Assembly (NCBI GenBank): GCA_028534125.1 | Contig: CM052836.1 | Span: 4,774,001-4,838,000, forward strand | Reading direction: 5' to 3' | Length of the DNA: 64,000 nt | Source: Lama glama | Taxonomy: Eukaryota | Part shown: positions 1 through 13,469 of the stretch, piece after piece | Position numbering within the stretch: the first letter of the stretch is position 1 | How the letters are laid out: every line of letters begins with the position of its first letter | Made by a program: the position numbers and the translations under genes | The notes under the pieces: model-generated | What the model was told of the DNA's origin: nothing | Databases searched by the model: none | Seen by the model: the letters and a program-made list of their open reading frames with translations, nothing else

Positions 1-625
1 TGACCAGTGGTAGCTCCCAGCCTCCTTTAACATCTTTAACATCAGCAGTGCATCCCTCACCCCAGACCTGGGCTCACCCACCCCCGCCTCCTCAGAAGGC
101 AGTCAGGTGGCCATGTGTTGTTTGTGCATGCGCCTTTGGGGTTTCCGCCTCCTAACTCATCAGAGTTTTACTTCCAATCACATCTAATACCACCCTGGAG
201 AAAAGTATGGCCATGTGCAATCGACGGTTACCCAGATGGTTATATTTCTGGTGAGACTGCAGTGGCCCTTATAATCGGCAATCTAGCAGCTGCCAAGATT
301 TTCTTCTTCTTAATTGGGTCTTGATTCTGTGTGGCCTCTCTCCTGTGCACTTGTCTGTGTTTCACAGTCTTTCTCATGTATGATAATCGTATCATTCACT
401 TGCCATCCAGCCATCTGTCTGCCATTCAGCAAAGGGCTACTGGAGCCATGATTGCTGCTGGCATTAGATATATTCGAACCAACAGACACTGTGTCTACCT
501 TCCAGAGTGTTACAATCTACAGTCTGTCTTAAACTGTCATTCTTTATGTCCGTGGGTATATTTAACCTTTTGGCTATATTATGTCCTGAAATCATGGATC
601 TTGTCTTTGGCTTGCTTGACCAGTG

Positions 626-805
626 TTGTATGCTGGGTTCCTTGGAGGCAGACACTGAAATGGTTAGTGTGCAGGGGATTGATCAGGCAAGGGCTTGGGG
701 GAGAAGGAAGCACAATTAGGCAGGGGGAAGCGTCCAGCCCTGGTGTCGCCAATGCTGTGGGGAGTTCTGAAGCCGGGATGACCTTTCAGAGCTATTCCAA
801 GTTGG
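626..805 (-). mobile_element. ERVL-class LTR fragment (LTR16-like); adjacent 90-620 may be internal ERVL sequence
   Basis: gggttccttggaggcagacactgaaatgg...ggggagttctgaagccgggatgacctttcagagctattccaagttgg resembles the reverse complement of the LTR16 3' half. Confidence 0.6.
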
Positions 806-1447
806 AAATAACTGGTTTGGGGACATTTCAGGCATAACTTTTCAAACAGTCATACCAAATGGACATCTGGTCCAGTGATGCTCACTTCCTGATGGATTTA
901 GTGTGGGATTAAAGTAGTCTGGAAGTTCATAGCCTCCGATTCACCCTGAGTCTACCGAGCTTTACAGGCACACTGTTGGGTAAATGCGCATGCAGACCAC
1001 TGAGCCTTCCCTTTGGGGATGCTCTGCTCTTGAGGACCGGCTGCAGCCACAGCCTTGTATTCACGTTTGAAAACCTCCTGTGTTTTCTGTGTTCAACAGA
1101 TCAGGAAATCCACCTGTCAAATCTAGGATGGAACTTGGAATTAACTAATATTTTCTGCAGTGAAATGTCTTAGTATTATTCCTAACATCACTACAATAAT
1201 CTTAAAAATGTCTCTCTACTCTCTGCCTTTTCCAATCATACTTATCCTTTGAAGCGCAACTAAAATACACTTTAAATAAATAATACTGAGCCTCTACTAT
1301 GTATTAAGCACTGGCCAGGCCCTGGGAAAGGTGACTTTGAGAGAAGTGCCACCCCACACCTCAGACCTAGAGACAGGGAGGGTGGGACATGAACAGGTAC
1401 ATAAGTAATTTGAACGCAAGATATTAGAATACAAGAATTATACCCAT

Positions 1448-1535
1448 GGAATGACCATATAATTTATTGCCCCAATCTGGACATTTTTTGAGAGTGAAAG
1501 GAGGGGATCATTAATGAATAAGCAGGAACATCAGG
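1448..1535 (+). mobile_element. hAT-Blackjack MITE fragment (MER94-like)
   Basis: tgaccatataatttattgccccaatctggacattttttgagagtgaaagg...attaat. Confidence 0.65.
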
Positions 1536-2408
1536 AGCTTTTGTTCAGAGACAGAAAGTGACAAACAGCCCAGCTGCCCCCATGGGGTTTGCACAGGGGC
1601 CCTGCTGGGAGCCACCCTCTGTCGATGTGCTGAGGGAGTGCAGTGCAGCCCAGTCCCGGGGCTTTGAAGTCGCCCTGCAGACCAGAGGCCTGAGGATGAG
1701 CAGGACCATCAGGAGAAGAGGCCTCAGGGCCGGGAGCAGCGGCCACCCCCTGGGCACTGCACACGGGAGAATGGGAGGACCACTGTGATGGGGCCACAGC
1801 TGACAGGGCTCCATGAAAAACCGCCAACAGGAGCTGCTGGGGAAATACTCTCCACCCACCCTGCTCTGGGCCCCGTGTCACCATGGCAGAGCCACCAAGG
1901 ACATCCTTGTCAAGGGTAGAAATGGTTGGGTTTTCCTCATGCTTCATGCTGAGGGGCAAGTAAATCTAGTGCATTAGAGGTCAAGGTACTGTGGGGGCCC
2001 GAGCCAGGCCTGATGGCCCGGCGATGCCCTCACTCTCTCCAGCTGCTCTAAAGTGATTGAAGGTGAGGTTGTGGCTTTTGTATTTCTGAGTTTCCAAGGG
2101 CAGACCGGAGGCCTTGATATGTATTGTTTGGACTGGCTGCCACTGAGTTAGTCCAAGGGCTATCAGGCAGACCAGAGTAACATACCTACTGGGTGCTGGA
2201 GCCAAGGGCACAGCCCAGAGTTGACACAATGGATGCTTTGTTGTCTAAGATGATGAAGAGTGGGCCAGTTCCTGTCCTTCTGAGTGAGGCAGGACACCTC
2301 TAGGCTCTTGGCTCCAGACACTGATGTCTCCTTCATGACCATCTAAGAAGAAATTATGGCTACTGGCAAACTACCAATTAAGAACCCAAACTTGGTTTGG
2401 AGACCTTC

Positions 2409-2786
2409 TGTCTTAGTCAGCTCAGGTTGCTATAACAAAGTACCATAGATTGGTTGACTTAAACAGAAAGCATCTATTTTCTCCCAGTTCTGGAGGCTGG
2501 GAAGTCCAAGATCAAGGCAGATTTGGTTCCTGGTGAGGGCCCACTTCATGGCTTGCCAAGGATCACCTTCTTGTACAGAGAGAGAAAGAAGGTTGGTGAG
2601 GAGCCAGAGCACTGTTCTCTCCTCCTCTTCTTATAAGGGTACTAATCACATCATGGGGGCCCCACCCTCACAACCTCATTTAAACCTAATCACCTCCCCA
2701 AAGCCCCACCTCTAGACAGCATTGCATTGGAGGTTTGGGCTTCAATATATGAATCTCTGGAGGATACAAACTTTCAGTCCCTAGCA
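2409..2786 (-). mobile_element. MaLR solo LTR (MLT1A-like), full length
   Basis: TG...CA termini (tgtcttagtcagctcagg...ttcagtccctagca). Typical internal blocks ctggaggctgggaagtccaagatcaagg and cctaatcacctcccc. Confidence 0.85.
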
Positions 2787-3299
2787 CCCTGGAGCTCCTT
2801 TTAGCCTTGTGCTGTTCCTTGCTGGAAGGAGCAAGGTAGCAGGGGTGGTGGTGCTGGGGAGCATTATGGTTTCCTCTGTGTACTCTCTTTAAAAGAGAAC
2901 TCTCAACATTATAATCAAGAGTAATCCCTATCTTAAGTGTGTCTCTCAATTGCACCAGAACACACTTTAAAATGGGCAAGTCTTATCCTTGGAATGTACG
3001 TTTCGGATTAGGATCAATTTTAGACATGTCGTTTCTTTAGCTAAAGTGAAAGGAAAACAAATTTTATTTGATCTTCCATAAGATCTTTCCTCAGTGTCTT
3101 TTACTTCTTCTTCCATCAAATCATTACCTTGACTGAAAAGCCACATTAAGTGTATAGAGATTAGCAATCTCTGGGTGACAGAAGACTCAAGTCGTAGTGC
3201 TGCCAATACTAAGTGTGTGACCTTGCAAAAGTTGCTGTCCTTCCTGGGGCTCAGTCCTTCATTTCTACAATTATAGGTCATCTTTGTTATTGAAAATCA

Positions 3300-3936
3300 T
3301 GGGTACAAAATCTACTTGAAATTGGGAAAAATATATCCAAATGAAAAAGAATCAAACTAAGAATCTTAAAAATAAGTTGATCTTATTTTGTATATAAAAT
3401 ATGTGTTTAAATTAAAACTGTGTTTTTTTTCTTTTAGAATGAAAAAAAGAATGTCTTAAATAGTCATTCTCTTTTGGAGTGTGTGATTTTTCTGGCAAAA
3501 GCATATGCTGGCATAATATAATGGCCTCCATTTCTTGTTTGAGTCTCATGCTACAATTACAAAGAGGATCATTTTTGGAAAAACATTCAAGAACTTCATT
3601 AATTTTTTCAAGGGCTTCTCTTAATTCATGAATACCCAGACCACTGTTTTTTGAAGTAACTTTTGTGTCACCATCTTTGCGATTTTCTCTTCTTCCATTA
3701 ACCATTGTATTTCTAGTGGCTCTTCATTTAGCAGTGGTTTTGCATGTGATTGACACATAGTTCCTCAGCATCATTTTGATTGACTTTATCAGTTCTTTCA
3801 GTAAGATTTTTGATTTTATTTTGCAAACAATTGGCATTGTATTGGTGTTTATAATGATCAGGGAAAGACTGGACAACGAAGATGTTGACCCAAAGAGTGA
3901 AACTAAACACCATCGCTGAGTGAGGAGAGATGTTTG
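3300..3936 (-). mobile_element. Degenerate TcMar-Tigger/pogo-like DNA transposon fragment (probably continues after 4510)
   Basis: Minus ORF 3412-3705 (...LGIHELREALEKINEVLECFSKNDP...RLKQEMEAIILC) resembles the C-terminal helical region of Tigger transposases. Broken frames, AT-rich. Confidence 0.5.
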
Positions 3937-3952
3937 AGAGGGCACTAATTTT

Positions 3953-4494
3953 TTTTTTATTGAAGTGTAGTCAGTTTACAATGTTGTGTTAACTTCTGAT
4001 GTATAGCATAGGGATTCAGTTATATATAGGTATATATATTCCTTTTCATATTCTTTTCCATTAGACGCTATTACAAAGTGTTGATTTTAGTTCCCTGTGC
4101 TGTACAGTAGGACTGTTTATCTGTTTTATAGACAGGAGTGTGTATCTGCAGATCCCAAACTCCCAGTTTATCCTTCTACCCCTTTCCTTCTGGTAATCAT
4201 ATGCTTGTTTTCTATGTCTGTGAGTCTATTTCTGTTTCATAAATAAGTTCATTTGTGTCATTTTTTTATATTCCACTTATAAGTGGTATCATATGGCATT
4301 TGTCTTTCTCTTTCTGACCTACTTCNNNNNNNNNNNNNNNNNNNNNNNNNNNNNNNNNNNNNNNNNNNNNNNNNNNNNNNNNNNNNNNNNNNNNNNNNNN
4401 NNNNNNNNNNNNNNNNNNNNNNNNNNNNNNNNNNNNNNNNNNNNNNNNNNNNNNNNNNNNNNNNNNNNNNNNNNNNNNNNNNNNNNNNNNNNNN
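3953..4494 (-). mobile_element. 5'-truncated lineage-specific L1 3' end with 16-bp target-site duplication
   Basis: Poly(T) then attgaagtgtagtcagtttacaatgttgtg... (L1 3'UTR antisense). AGAGGGCACTAATTTT is repeated at 3937-3952 and 4495-4510. Confidence 0.9.
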
Positions 4495-7244
4495 AGAGGG
4501 CACTAATTTTTCAGTGGGAACTCATTTAGTGAACATTTTCTGATTAAAACCACTGTTACTTCCTTACACAGCCTACAGCTTAGATCCCTGCATGATGCAT
4601 ATTGGGATAATGAGGACCTACTTTAGACCTTAGGCTCCAAAGCACATTATGGCCAGACTTCTTCAGTTGACATGGCTGAGACAAAGTGGGAGTTGTATGG
4701 ATAGTAGATAGTATTTTTTTAACCAAAAAAAGTATTAATAAATATTTAACATTTTTCTAAGATCTAACTATGAACAACCTGGACCTACTTGAATGTAAAC
4801 TCCTTGGGAAGGTTTCCCATCTTGGTAAAGCTAGAGGCAAGAACATACAAGTTCTTGACACAGGCAAGACATCCAACGAATGTTGTGAATGTTCACTTAG
4901 GTGGAAGCGTGGGCCGGGATTCTTCCACTAATTAGCTGTGTTATCTTGATAATCTCTTAATCTCCCAAAATCTCAATGGTAAAATGAAGAAGAAGGACTG
5001 AAAAATCTTCAAAGCTCATGCACAGTTCTAAAACTCTGTGATTCCATTTCACTCTAAGTATTTAGAGAAAATCGGATTTCACTGAATTTTCTAGAATCCC
5101 AGGGTAAGTCATAATATTTGTGATTTGGAGAAAATCTTAGCGATATTAGTAAGCCAGCGAAGTAGGAAAACTTAGAGTGGAAATTTGATAACTTGTTTCT
5201 TCATTTTTAAAACTGGACTTGAGTGGTGAAAATAATTTTTAAGCTGCGTGGAATTTGAGTTCCAAAACCAGAACTGCAGGTGTAAATTGGCAGAGCCTGA
5301 CCCATTGCAAATTCTTGTGCCTGGGGTGAAGAACAGCCCCTACGCCACTTCACCAAAAAGAGAGGAAGCCACCTGGCATGGAGGCGGAGGCGCTTTTCAT
5401 TGAGTCGGGGAGACTTAGTGCGTATCCTGCTCAGATAAAGTGTACATTTTAAGAACTTCCCAGCACAAATATGCATGACTGCTTGCTTTTCTCAGGCTGT
5501 CGTTTGTTCTGGGAGAACGGCGAGGACTTAACGTCCTCAAGGCTGGGGTGTGTTTTAGGATCTGCCCAAATGTTCAGGCCTAATTGAGAGTTTGTTTTGG
5601 CCATGACTCTACAGAGGTGTCAAGCCATTGCTAAGCGGGGGATCAATGGGAAGAAAGCTTTGCAAAACCTCTCATAAGCCAACTTGTTTGAAGGTTTGGT
5701 TGCATCACAGTTGACGGACTAAGAATCCTGGTCTTCCACCTGGGTCAGTGGGTGTTACCGGAACCGGGGGGACTGTATCCTCAAAGCTTGCCGTTCAGCC
5801 AGGAGGTTGCTGCAACATGGAGTTTCATTTTTGGGACGTTTTCTCATACTTTGGAAGTCTCCTGAAGCATGTCAGGCTCTATTTTCCCTCATTTGTAAAT
5901 GCTCCATTTAGCACCTGTTACACATGGTTTCACCTAGTGTTGTAACTGCTTCAACTAGGTCTCTCTTGTCTCCTCCCATCAAGATTTATAACTCCTCCAG
6001 GGCAGGGGCTGGGTTTTCTACATTGGTGCTCTACCCAAAGAGTATTTCTAAAGTATATAGAAAGAGTCTTGTTAGAATGGTGGAAACATGGTTCATTTAA
6101 AGTTCCTTTAATTTTTCAGGATTAAAGATGTGTTTTATTATTACATTTCTACAAAGACAAATTAAGTATATTAAATACTCTTGTTGACTCGTACTGTTGT
6201 ATTCTATCCCTTTGCACTCCCTCTACTTCCTTAGCCCCATATTAACTCTCTAAGAAGTACACAACAGACTTGTTGAATTACCCCCAGTTTTACAGAAGAG
6301 TCAGTCACAAATTAATTCTTCTCTTTTTCCACTCTAAAATGCTTTGTTGCTGGAGAGCATCCAATGAAAATATTTTGGGGGAACTGCTTGAATCCTTAAC
6401 TCCCTAATTTGTATTTCTTAAGGTATTTTTAAGCACCCAATTGCCTACGGGAAACTGTAAAAAAAATTATTACAAAGATATGTTCTATCAAGGCAGTAAA
6501 AACATGGAATCCAAGACAACCATGAGATATGAACGTAAAAGGAGAAAAGAGAAAATAAAATACAAGTATTGAACCCAATCTGCAAACTCTTCACGTCAAG
6601 TACGAATCAGAGATGAGAGGAAAGTTTAGCACAGGGGGTGAGAGTGTTTGGATCAGAGCATCAGGGCAAAGGCCATGGGAGTCTGCAGCTCTTCATGGGA
6701 TGGAGGAAGAGCCATCAGACTTTTTTTGGAAAATCTTTGGGAATGTGTGGGATTTCAGAGATTATTTTAATTGTGTAGGGAGGAGGATTAGTAAGTTTAT
6801 TTGGAGAAAAGGATGATGGCTCAAGCAAATAACGAAGCTTTGAAGTCGACACAGTGATCCCTAAAATCAATATTCAAGTGCTTCTTCAATGGCGCCAAAC
6901 ACCAACATCATTCATTAGACCAATATTAGTCGAGAACCAGCTACGTGCCAGGCTCTGTCTGGATGCTTGGGTGCTTTACCTAAACTACACTCGTGTGAAG
7001 GTGGTGCCGATCAATCTCATGATACAGATGAAGGTGGTTGTGTGGGAGGAAAAGACGTATACGGCTTGGCCCTCCCGTCAAGAAGCTTCAGTCTGGTTGA
7101 GAACACAACGCGTATACATAGGAACCAGCTGCTAAATAGAATATCCTATAGTAAACATTCGCTTTCTGGAACTGTCCAAGGTCATCCTGGAGAATCTGTC
7201 CAGTTTTCTGGACATCTGAGAGGTTGTCCCCTAAAACTTAACAT

Positions 7245-7388
7245 TTTTAAAAAAAATTTTGCAGGGAAGATAATTAGGTTTTATTAATTAATTAATTAAT
7301 TAAATTCAAATGGAGGGACTGGGGATTGAATCCAGGGCCTCCTGCATGCTAAGCATGCACTCTACCTCTGAGCTATACCTTCCTCCCG
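7245..7388 (-). mobile_element. tRNA-derived camelid SINE (Vic-1-like), long-tail form
   Basis: ggggattgaatccagggcctcctgcatgctaagcatgcactctacctctgagctatacc. TSD aaaacttaa(c/g)at at 7233-7244 and 7389-7400. Confidence 0.88.
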
Positions 7389-7942
7389 AAAACTTAAGAT
7401 AGTAGCATTAATGAAAAGTAGTAATTGCACTTAGTTCCAATACAGTAGTTCCCTCAGGACCTATTAAAGCACACATATAAGACAGTTCTACATGAGAATC
7501 ATTTGTACCTGTATTTTATGGTTTTTCTATCTCTTCCCTTGGAACTGATTTGTCAATGTACCTTTTAATTTACTGATGGCAAACTGGCAAAGGTTTGAGA
7601 ACAAACTAATTTTATTAGGTTTGGATATAAAACACCCAACAAATTAACCCGAAGTAAGCCTATGGGTTTCTTCCTTTAGGAAAATTCCCCAGCCTTTGAC
7701 TGGACCACTCAGAGGCCCTCTCCTCCACCCTGTTTCAAAGTTTCTTATCTGACCCTTGATTTTATCCTGGAGAATTGAATCAACAAGAACTAAGCACTAC
7801 ATTTGACTGTCCTTTATGACTGGATTACTGCATTCTGTTGATTTCTTATTTTGTGGTTGGCTTTATTCCTTTGATAACTATGTAAATTTAAAAAGCTGAA
7901 GCTCTATTCTTAGAAACAATGATCGGTACATATATATGTAAA

Positions 7943-8034
7943 TTTTTTTTTTCCTTTAACGGAGGTATTGGGGATTGAACCCAGGACCTTGTGCATGCTA
8001 AGCATGTGCTCTACCACTGAGCTATACCCTCCCC
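7943..8034 (-). mobile_element. Vic-1-like SINE
   Basis: Poly(T) plus ggggattgaacccaggaccttgtgcatgctaagcatgtgctctaccactgagctataccc. Confidence 0.9.
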
Positions 8035-8964
8035 ACCAGTGTTTTCTTTCAACAGACCACAAACTAGGAGTTCAGGAAAAGAAGATGAAGCATACAGCTG
8101 ACTTTCAGCAAAACATTGGATAAAGTCTGCATAGTTCGGTCCAACTTACGTTGTTGAGTGTCTACTGTGGGCTGGACATTCTGCCAGTTATTGGAGATGC
8201 AAGCATGACTAGTACCTGGTTCCTAAAATTTAGATTTAAGCTTAGACCTATGAACAGAGAGCATCAATATGATACGAAGGAAGAATGCGAAGGCTGCACT
8301 GGGAACCTGGACAACAGACAAAGAGGCACCTAGCTCAGCTCAGTGGGGGGGTTACAGGAAAGCTTTCTAGTCTTGAATATTGATGACACTGTCTGTAGCA
8401 CCAACAGCACCAAAGCTGCAAATCCTCCCTCCAGTGTGGGGTTACTTTTGGCACTTTGCATTTGAAGTTCTATCATCCCAGATAAGTTTTCCCTTCTATT
8501 CAGCTCCATCTGCCTGGAGATTTTCCCCCAGATTCTGGTATTAGAGTATCAGTCAGCATTCATTTCCATATTTGTATTTTCCTGAATCTCCTTGGATATT
8601 TTAATGCAAAACCTAGGGAGCCGTAATTAGAGATTGTGTCCAATTGCTATGAGGATGACAGTGCTTCCAAGGACTAGGATCTCTGAGTGGGTGTTTCCTT
8701 TATGCTTTTAAATGTGGTGTCAACACAGTGTACATAAGAGAATCTCACAAAAAAACAAAACAGGGTGATTTTCAATATTTTCACTATCAATGACCCCTTC
8801 TATTTTTTCTCTTTCACAAACCAGGCTTTAAGAGATATCTTATAAATAAATTATTTTTAGTTAATAAAAATTAATTTGAGCCATGCTATTGCCAAGTAGA
8901 GTTTCTGATTAGCAGAAAATATCTGGTTGGAATTTATATAATTTAGCTAAAACATGCAGTCATA

Positions 8965-9185
8965 ATAAGCACTCAGCGCTTTTCTTGCATCAGATCAGGT
9001 AAGCCTCACAACCATCATATGAGGTAGCTATCTGTGTCATCACTATTTCACCGATGAGGAAACCGAGGTTCAGAGAGGTTGAGTATACGGGACAAGTTTT
9101 CACAGCTAGTGAGTTGTGGTGTTGCATTGAGTTTCAGGCAGTCTGGCTCCAGACTCTAGACTCCTAAACTTTTATAACACAGTGT
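8965..9185. mobile_element. MIR
   Basis: Core cctcacaaccatcatatgaggtag...gatgaggaaaccgaggttcagagaggtt...cacagctagt...aggcagtctggctccaga. Confidence 0.85.
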
Positions 9186-10218
9186 TGACGCTTGAATCAG
9201 ACCATGTGGTAACCTGAGTGTAAATGAATGATTTCCGTTGGACTTCCTGAAGCAGGGAAAATAGCACGCAGGCACCCATTGCTCCCTTGGGGGACACTTA
9301 AGCAGAAGCTGCTGCTCTCAAATTTAGATACTGATTGGAGCCTTGCCTTGAGTGGACAGTGCATACTCCACCTCATCCTCAGAAAACCCAAAGGATGTTA
9401 AGACACGTTCCTAAGAGGGTAGCTGGTAATACACAGAACCCAGGGCAGCCTTCCCCAGTGTGCTCAGAACCTAACCAGAGTTTCATTTTTAAAAAACCGA
9501 GCTTATTTAAAAGTGGAACACCTCACCCAATCGTCTATTAACCTGCAAATATGTATTTAGGGACATTTGAAGTTGTTCTGTTTACCTAATCATCACTAAT
9601 GGCTACTTTGGATCTATGACAGCTGGAAGTGTAAACACGGCTCTTAGACCTTTCTCCAGGTATGACACTGGCCCAACAGACCATAACAGCTTCTTAACAG
9701 AACAGGATTTCCTTGAAGCAAAATCTGAGTATCAAACAGAGCTCAGGGCATTTTAGGAGTTTCTTGGTAGGTCATTTTTGAACTGCTCTCCGCAGAGCTA
9801 AATGTCAAAATTCACCAGGAAATTTGGGCACCGCTGAGATCTGAACATCAATCAACCTGAAAGCTAAACATTGACTTTTTTGTTTTAAATGAGAACCAGG
9901 TCAGCACGATTCTTCATGAGCAATAAATAGATAATAAGCCAGAAGATGTAATTTAAAAAGAGTTTGTGCAGCCAAACCAAATACTCTAGGTAGCAAAGTT
10001 ATGCTAGTACTGATTACTAAGTAGTAACATAGAAATTGCTGATCTTATCCAGAGAGAACACAGACCTTATTCCAACATATGAGAGCATATTGAGAAATGA
10101 TTAACTTGGCTGGTGAAACTCACCTCTTACACACTCCTGTGCAACCTGACATTATCCGAAGGATCTCCTTCTGTGCCTGCGGGGATAAAGCCCAGCTGAC
10201 AAGGCCCTGCTCAGATCC

Positions 10219-10480
10219 TGTATGAGCTGGATATCTGTTTTAACAAAACACCACAAACTGGGTGGCTTAAAAAAAAAGCAGCAGAAATGTTTTCGCTCAC
10301 GGTTCTGGGGGCAGAAGTCTAGAATGAAGGAGCAGGGCTGTGCTCCCTGTGAGATCTGCAGGGAAGGACCCCTCCTGGCCTCTTTTACCTCCTGGTGTTC
10401 CATAAAGCCTTGGCCTTCCTTGGTGTGTAGCTGCACCTCTCTGATCTCTGCCTCTGTCGACACATGGCCTTCCCTCCTCA
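10219..10480 (-). mobile_element. MaLR LTR (MLT1B/C-like), truncated by microsatellite and gap
   Basis: taacaaaacaccacaaactgggtggcttaa...ctcacggttctgg...ctctgcctctgtcgacacatggcctt. Confidence 0.8.
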
Positions 10481-11085
10481 TGTGTGTGTGTGAGTGCGTG
10501 TGCGTGTGTGTCTGTGTCTGTGTNNNNNNNNNNNNNNNNNNNNNNNNNNNNNNNNNNNNNNNNNNNNNNNNNNNNNNNNNNNNNNNNNNNNNNNNNNNNN
10601 NNNNNNNNNNNNNNNNNNNNNNNNNNNNNNNNNNNNNNNNNNNNNNNNNNNNNNNNNNNNNNNNNNNNNNNNNNNNNNNNNNNNNNNNNNNNNNNNNNNN
10701 NNNNNNNNNNNNNNNNNNNNNNNNNNNNNNNNNNNNNNNNNNNNNNNNNNNNNNNNNNNNNNNNNNNNNNNNNNNNNNNNNNNNNNNNNNNNNNNNNNNN
10801 NNNNNNNNNNNNNNNNNNNNNNNNNNNNNNNNNNNNNNNNNNNNNNNNNNNNNNNNNNNNNNNNNNNNNNNNNNNNNNNNNNNNNNNNNNNNNNNNNNNN
10901 NNNNNNNNNNNNNNNNNNNNNNNNNNNNNNNNNNNNNNNNNNNNNNNNNNNNNNNNNNNNNNNNNNNNNNNNNNNNNNNNNNNNNNNNNNNNNNNNNNNN
11001 NNNNNNNNNNNNNNNNNNNNNNNGAGGAGGAGGAGAGAGAGAGAGAGAGAGACAGAGAGAGAACAGAAAGACAGAGATAAAGAGA
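10481..11085. repeat. Compound (TG)n ... (GA)n microsatellite flanking a 500-N gap
   Basis: tgtgtgtgtgagtgcgtg at 10481-10523 and gaggaggaggagagagag at 11024-11085. Confidence 0.9.
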
Positions 11086-11984
11086 AAATTCTAAGTAGAA
11101 AAACGTAGCAGATTTCTCGGAGAGGCGGTACGATCCTAGTTAAAATGTGAGACGCTCGCTATGCCAGGCAGACGCGTAGTAACTAGGCTTTTTGCTCTGA
11201 ATTCCCTCCTTGCTACTTTTGACTCAAAACTTTCTGTTCTTCTAGCTGGGCATCAGCCAGCAGTAACCAGCGAAGTGATTTAATTTAAAAGAGGAGAGAA
11301 AGAGATTGAGAAAGAAATTGTAGCAATGATGGAATAATTTCAGCTGAAAGGCACGGCAAGTTTCAACTGACACAAGAAGAGTGCAAATAAAATCTGGGGG
11401 CAGGCTCCTTGGGACCAGGTGACGGGTTGAGTGGGTGGCTGAGGCCCCTCGAGGAAGGATAAAACCCTAAATCAGAATACAAGTCAAAAGCAAGATTTCA
11501 TGCAGCGTGATTCTTTCCGCCCTGCACACCACCGTCTTGTGTGTGTCACAGAGCACACACAACACACACGCATGCCAGGCTTCTCCAGCACTCCCAGACC
11601 CGGGGTGGAGCTAGAATCTGAGGACTGGAGCTCTGAGAAGGATCAGGGCACGGGCACCTCCACTGCTCTGGGTGGGATATAATCCCAGGACCCCCACTCA
11701 TGAGTGAACAGAGAGCCCTGAAAAAAAATGTGCCCAAATCTTAAGGATTCCAGGAGACTTAGAACTCTAAAAGTAATGAGGGATTCAGACCATGGGTCCT
11801 CGTGTTGTGCTACTGTGATAAAAGAGATCAGAGATAATAAAAGTTGTTAGTCTGGAAAAGCCAGTAAAGGGCTGGCACCCAGGGGGCCTAAGAACAACCT
11901 CCACTTTTTCTCTGAGCAAAGCACTTTCCTGGGTGTCTGTTTCTCCTTCTGAAAGTGAAATGTGTTCTCCTGGGCTTCTAGGTT

Positions 11985-12125
11985 AATGCTTCTCAGACTG
12001 TAATGAGCATGCGCATCACTTGGGATATTGATAATGGGAAGGTTCTGATTGAGTAGTTCTGGGACAGGTCTTGAGACTCTGCATGTATGATAAGATCCCA
12101 GGTGGCCAGTAGTCTATACGATGCC
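11985..12125. mobile_element. MER5A-like hAT-Charlie MITE
   Basis: tgcttctcagactgtaatgagcatgcgcatcacttggg...gttctgattgagtagttctggg...gagactctgcat...tcccaggtg. Confidence 0.75.
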
Positions 12126-13469
12126 TTAGCCTGAATCAGAAAAAGGTGCTCTCCTCCGAGCAGCCCTGCAAGTGCCTTTGCAAAGAGAATCCTTTCCCCA
12201 CATGGTTTGGCTAGTGATAGATAAGCTGGATTTCAGCCCCTGCACTCCTTTGGACTGTGCCTTGAGCAGTGCACAAGCTGCCCAACCGTACAGGGCAGTC
12301 CTGACCTCGTAGGCAGCTGTTTTCTGGACTATTGCTAAGACCGATCCATCAGAGATGTTCTGTTCCTCTCTCTTACCTCAATGGCACAATTCAGCAAGCC
12401 CATCAGGTCACACTTTCTAATTTTCATAGTTGTATAGAAATACCTGTTTTCTTCGGAGACTGCCAAAATGACACACAGGACTGAACTGATTCCTTCTCTA
12501 CTTAAGGAAGAGAATTTGGTCCCAGGTTCCTCACCCTCCAGTGCACCCTAACTCAGCCTAGAGCTCTAGGTAGGGGCTGTATTGTTGCTGCCAGAGACCT
12601 GGCATTTGGAGTTTTATACATCACATAATTTATTAATCCAGGATCTAAACAATTAAGCTCCTGTGCCTGGTCTCAGTACGTGATTACTATCTGGTTTCCT
12701 CAAATCTTTTGTTTCTCATCAAATATTACTCTTCCTTTATAGAGAATCAGGCATAAAGGCAAAGAGCCAAGGGCCTGAAGTTTCACTAAGCTCCCTGTTT
12801 ACCTTGGATGGCCGGATCCGGTGCAGTGCTCCAAAAAGTTTTCCTAGCCACACCTCTGCCCAGGCTGCCTTGTTCTGTACTAGTATTGGGGAGAAATCCA
12901 AAATATTTGTTTATCTACCAGTATGGCCAAATTTTTTTCTTTATAGAAGCTTAAGGTCAAGGTGGGGAGCGCAATGGAGCCAGTTGGGAGAGGCAAGAGC
13001 TTACAGCAAAAGTAAGCTTGGCTGTGTCCGGCATTCTTCGAAGCGTTTGGTGCTGGCCACTCATATGTCTCCTGAAAAGAAACTTTCGGCCAAGGACAGA
13101 AAATTCTGGTTTCTCTAAGTAGCAGATAAAAGGTGCAACAAAGTAGAATAAAGAGATCCCTGGGCTAGTGATCTGGGGGTTTCGTTTCTGCTACCCAAGG
13201 CTGCTGCTTTGTACAACGGAGCAACAGAACTACGTAATGTGGAAGATTCCTTCTAGTTTTCAAACTATAAGAATCTATGAGATGTAATGGCTTCACCTTA
13301 TATATTTTTTTCTTAGTGTTAAGCTAAATTTATAAAGTTTAAAAAAAAGCCCTGCAAGCTAAGAGAATCGAATTAATTTGGTAAATACAATACTGTGTTT
13401 TAGTTCAGAAATAATGAGTTGTGGGCTTCGACAAGTTTTAATTCCATTGCCCGTCAATTGAGATGTTGG

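Noticed and set aside
331-837. 168-aa plus-strand ORF
   Set aside because: Non-ATG start, overlaps an ERVL LTR relic in antisense, no domain resemblance.
3412-3705. Transposase-like ORF as a possible domesticated gene
   Set aside because: Short, adjacent frames are broken, and it is interrupted by an L1. Best explained as a decayed relic.
10222-11108. Long ORFs at 10222, 10484 and 10494, and similar ones at 4258, 23856, 25741, 31342-32355 and 54085
   Set aside because: Their length comes from translating through N-gaps. The flanks are LTR, L1 or microsatellite sequence.
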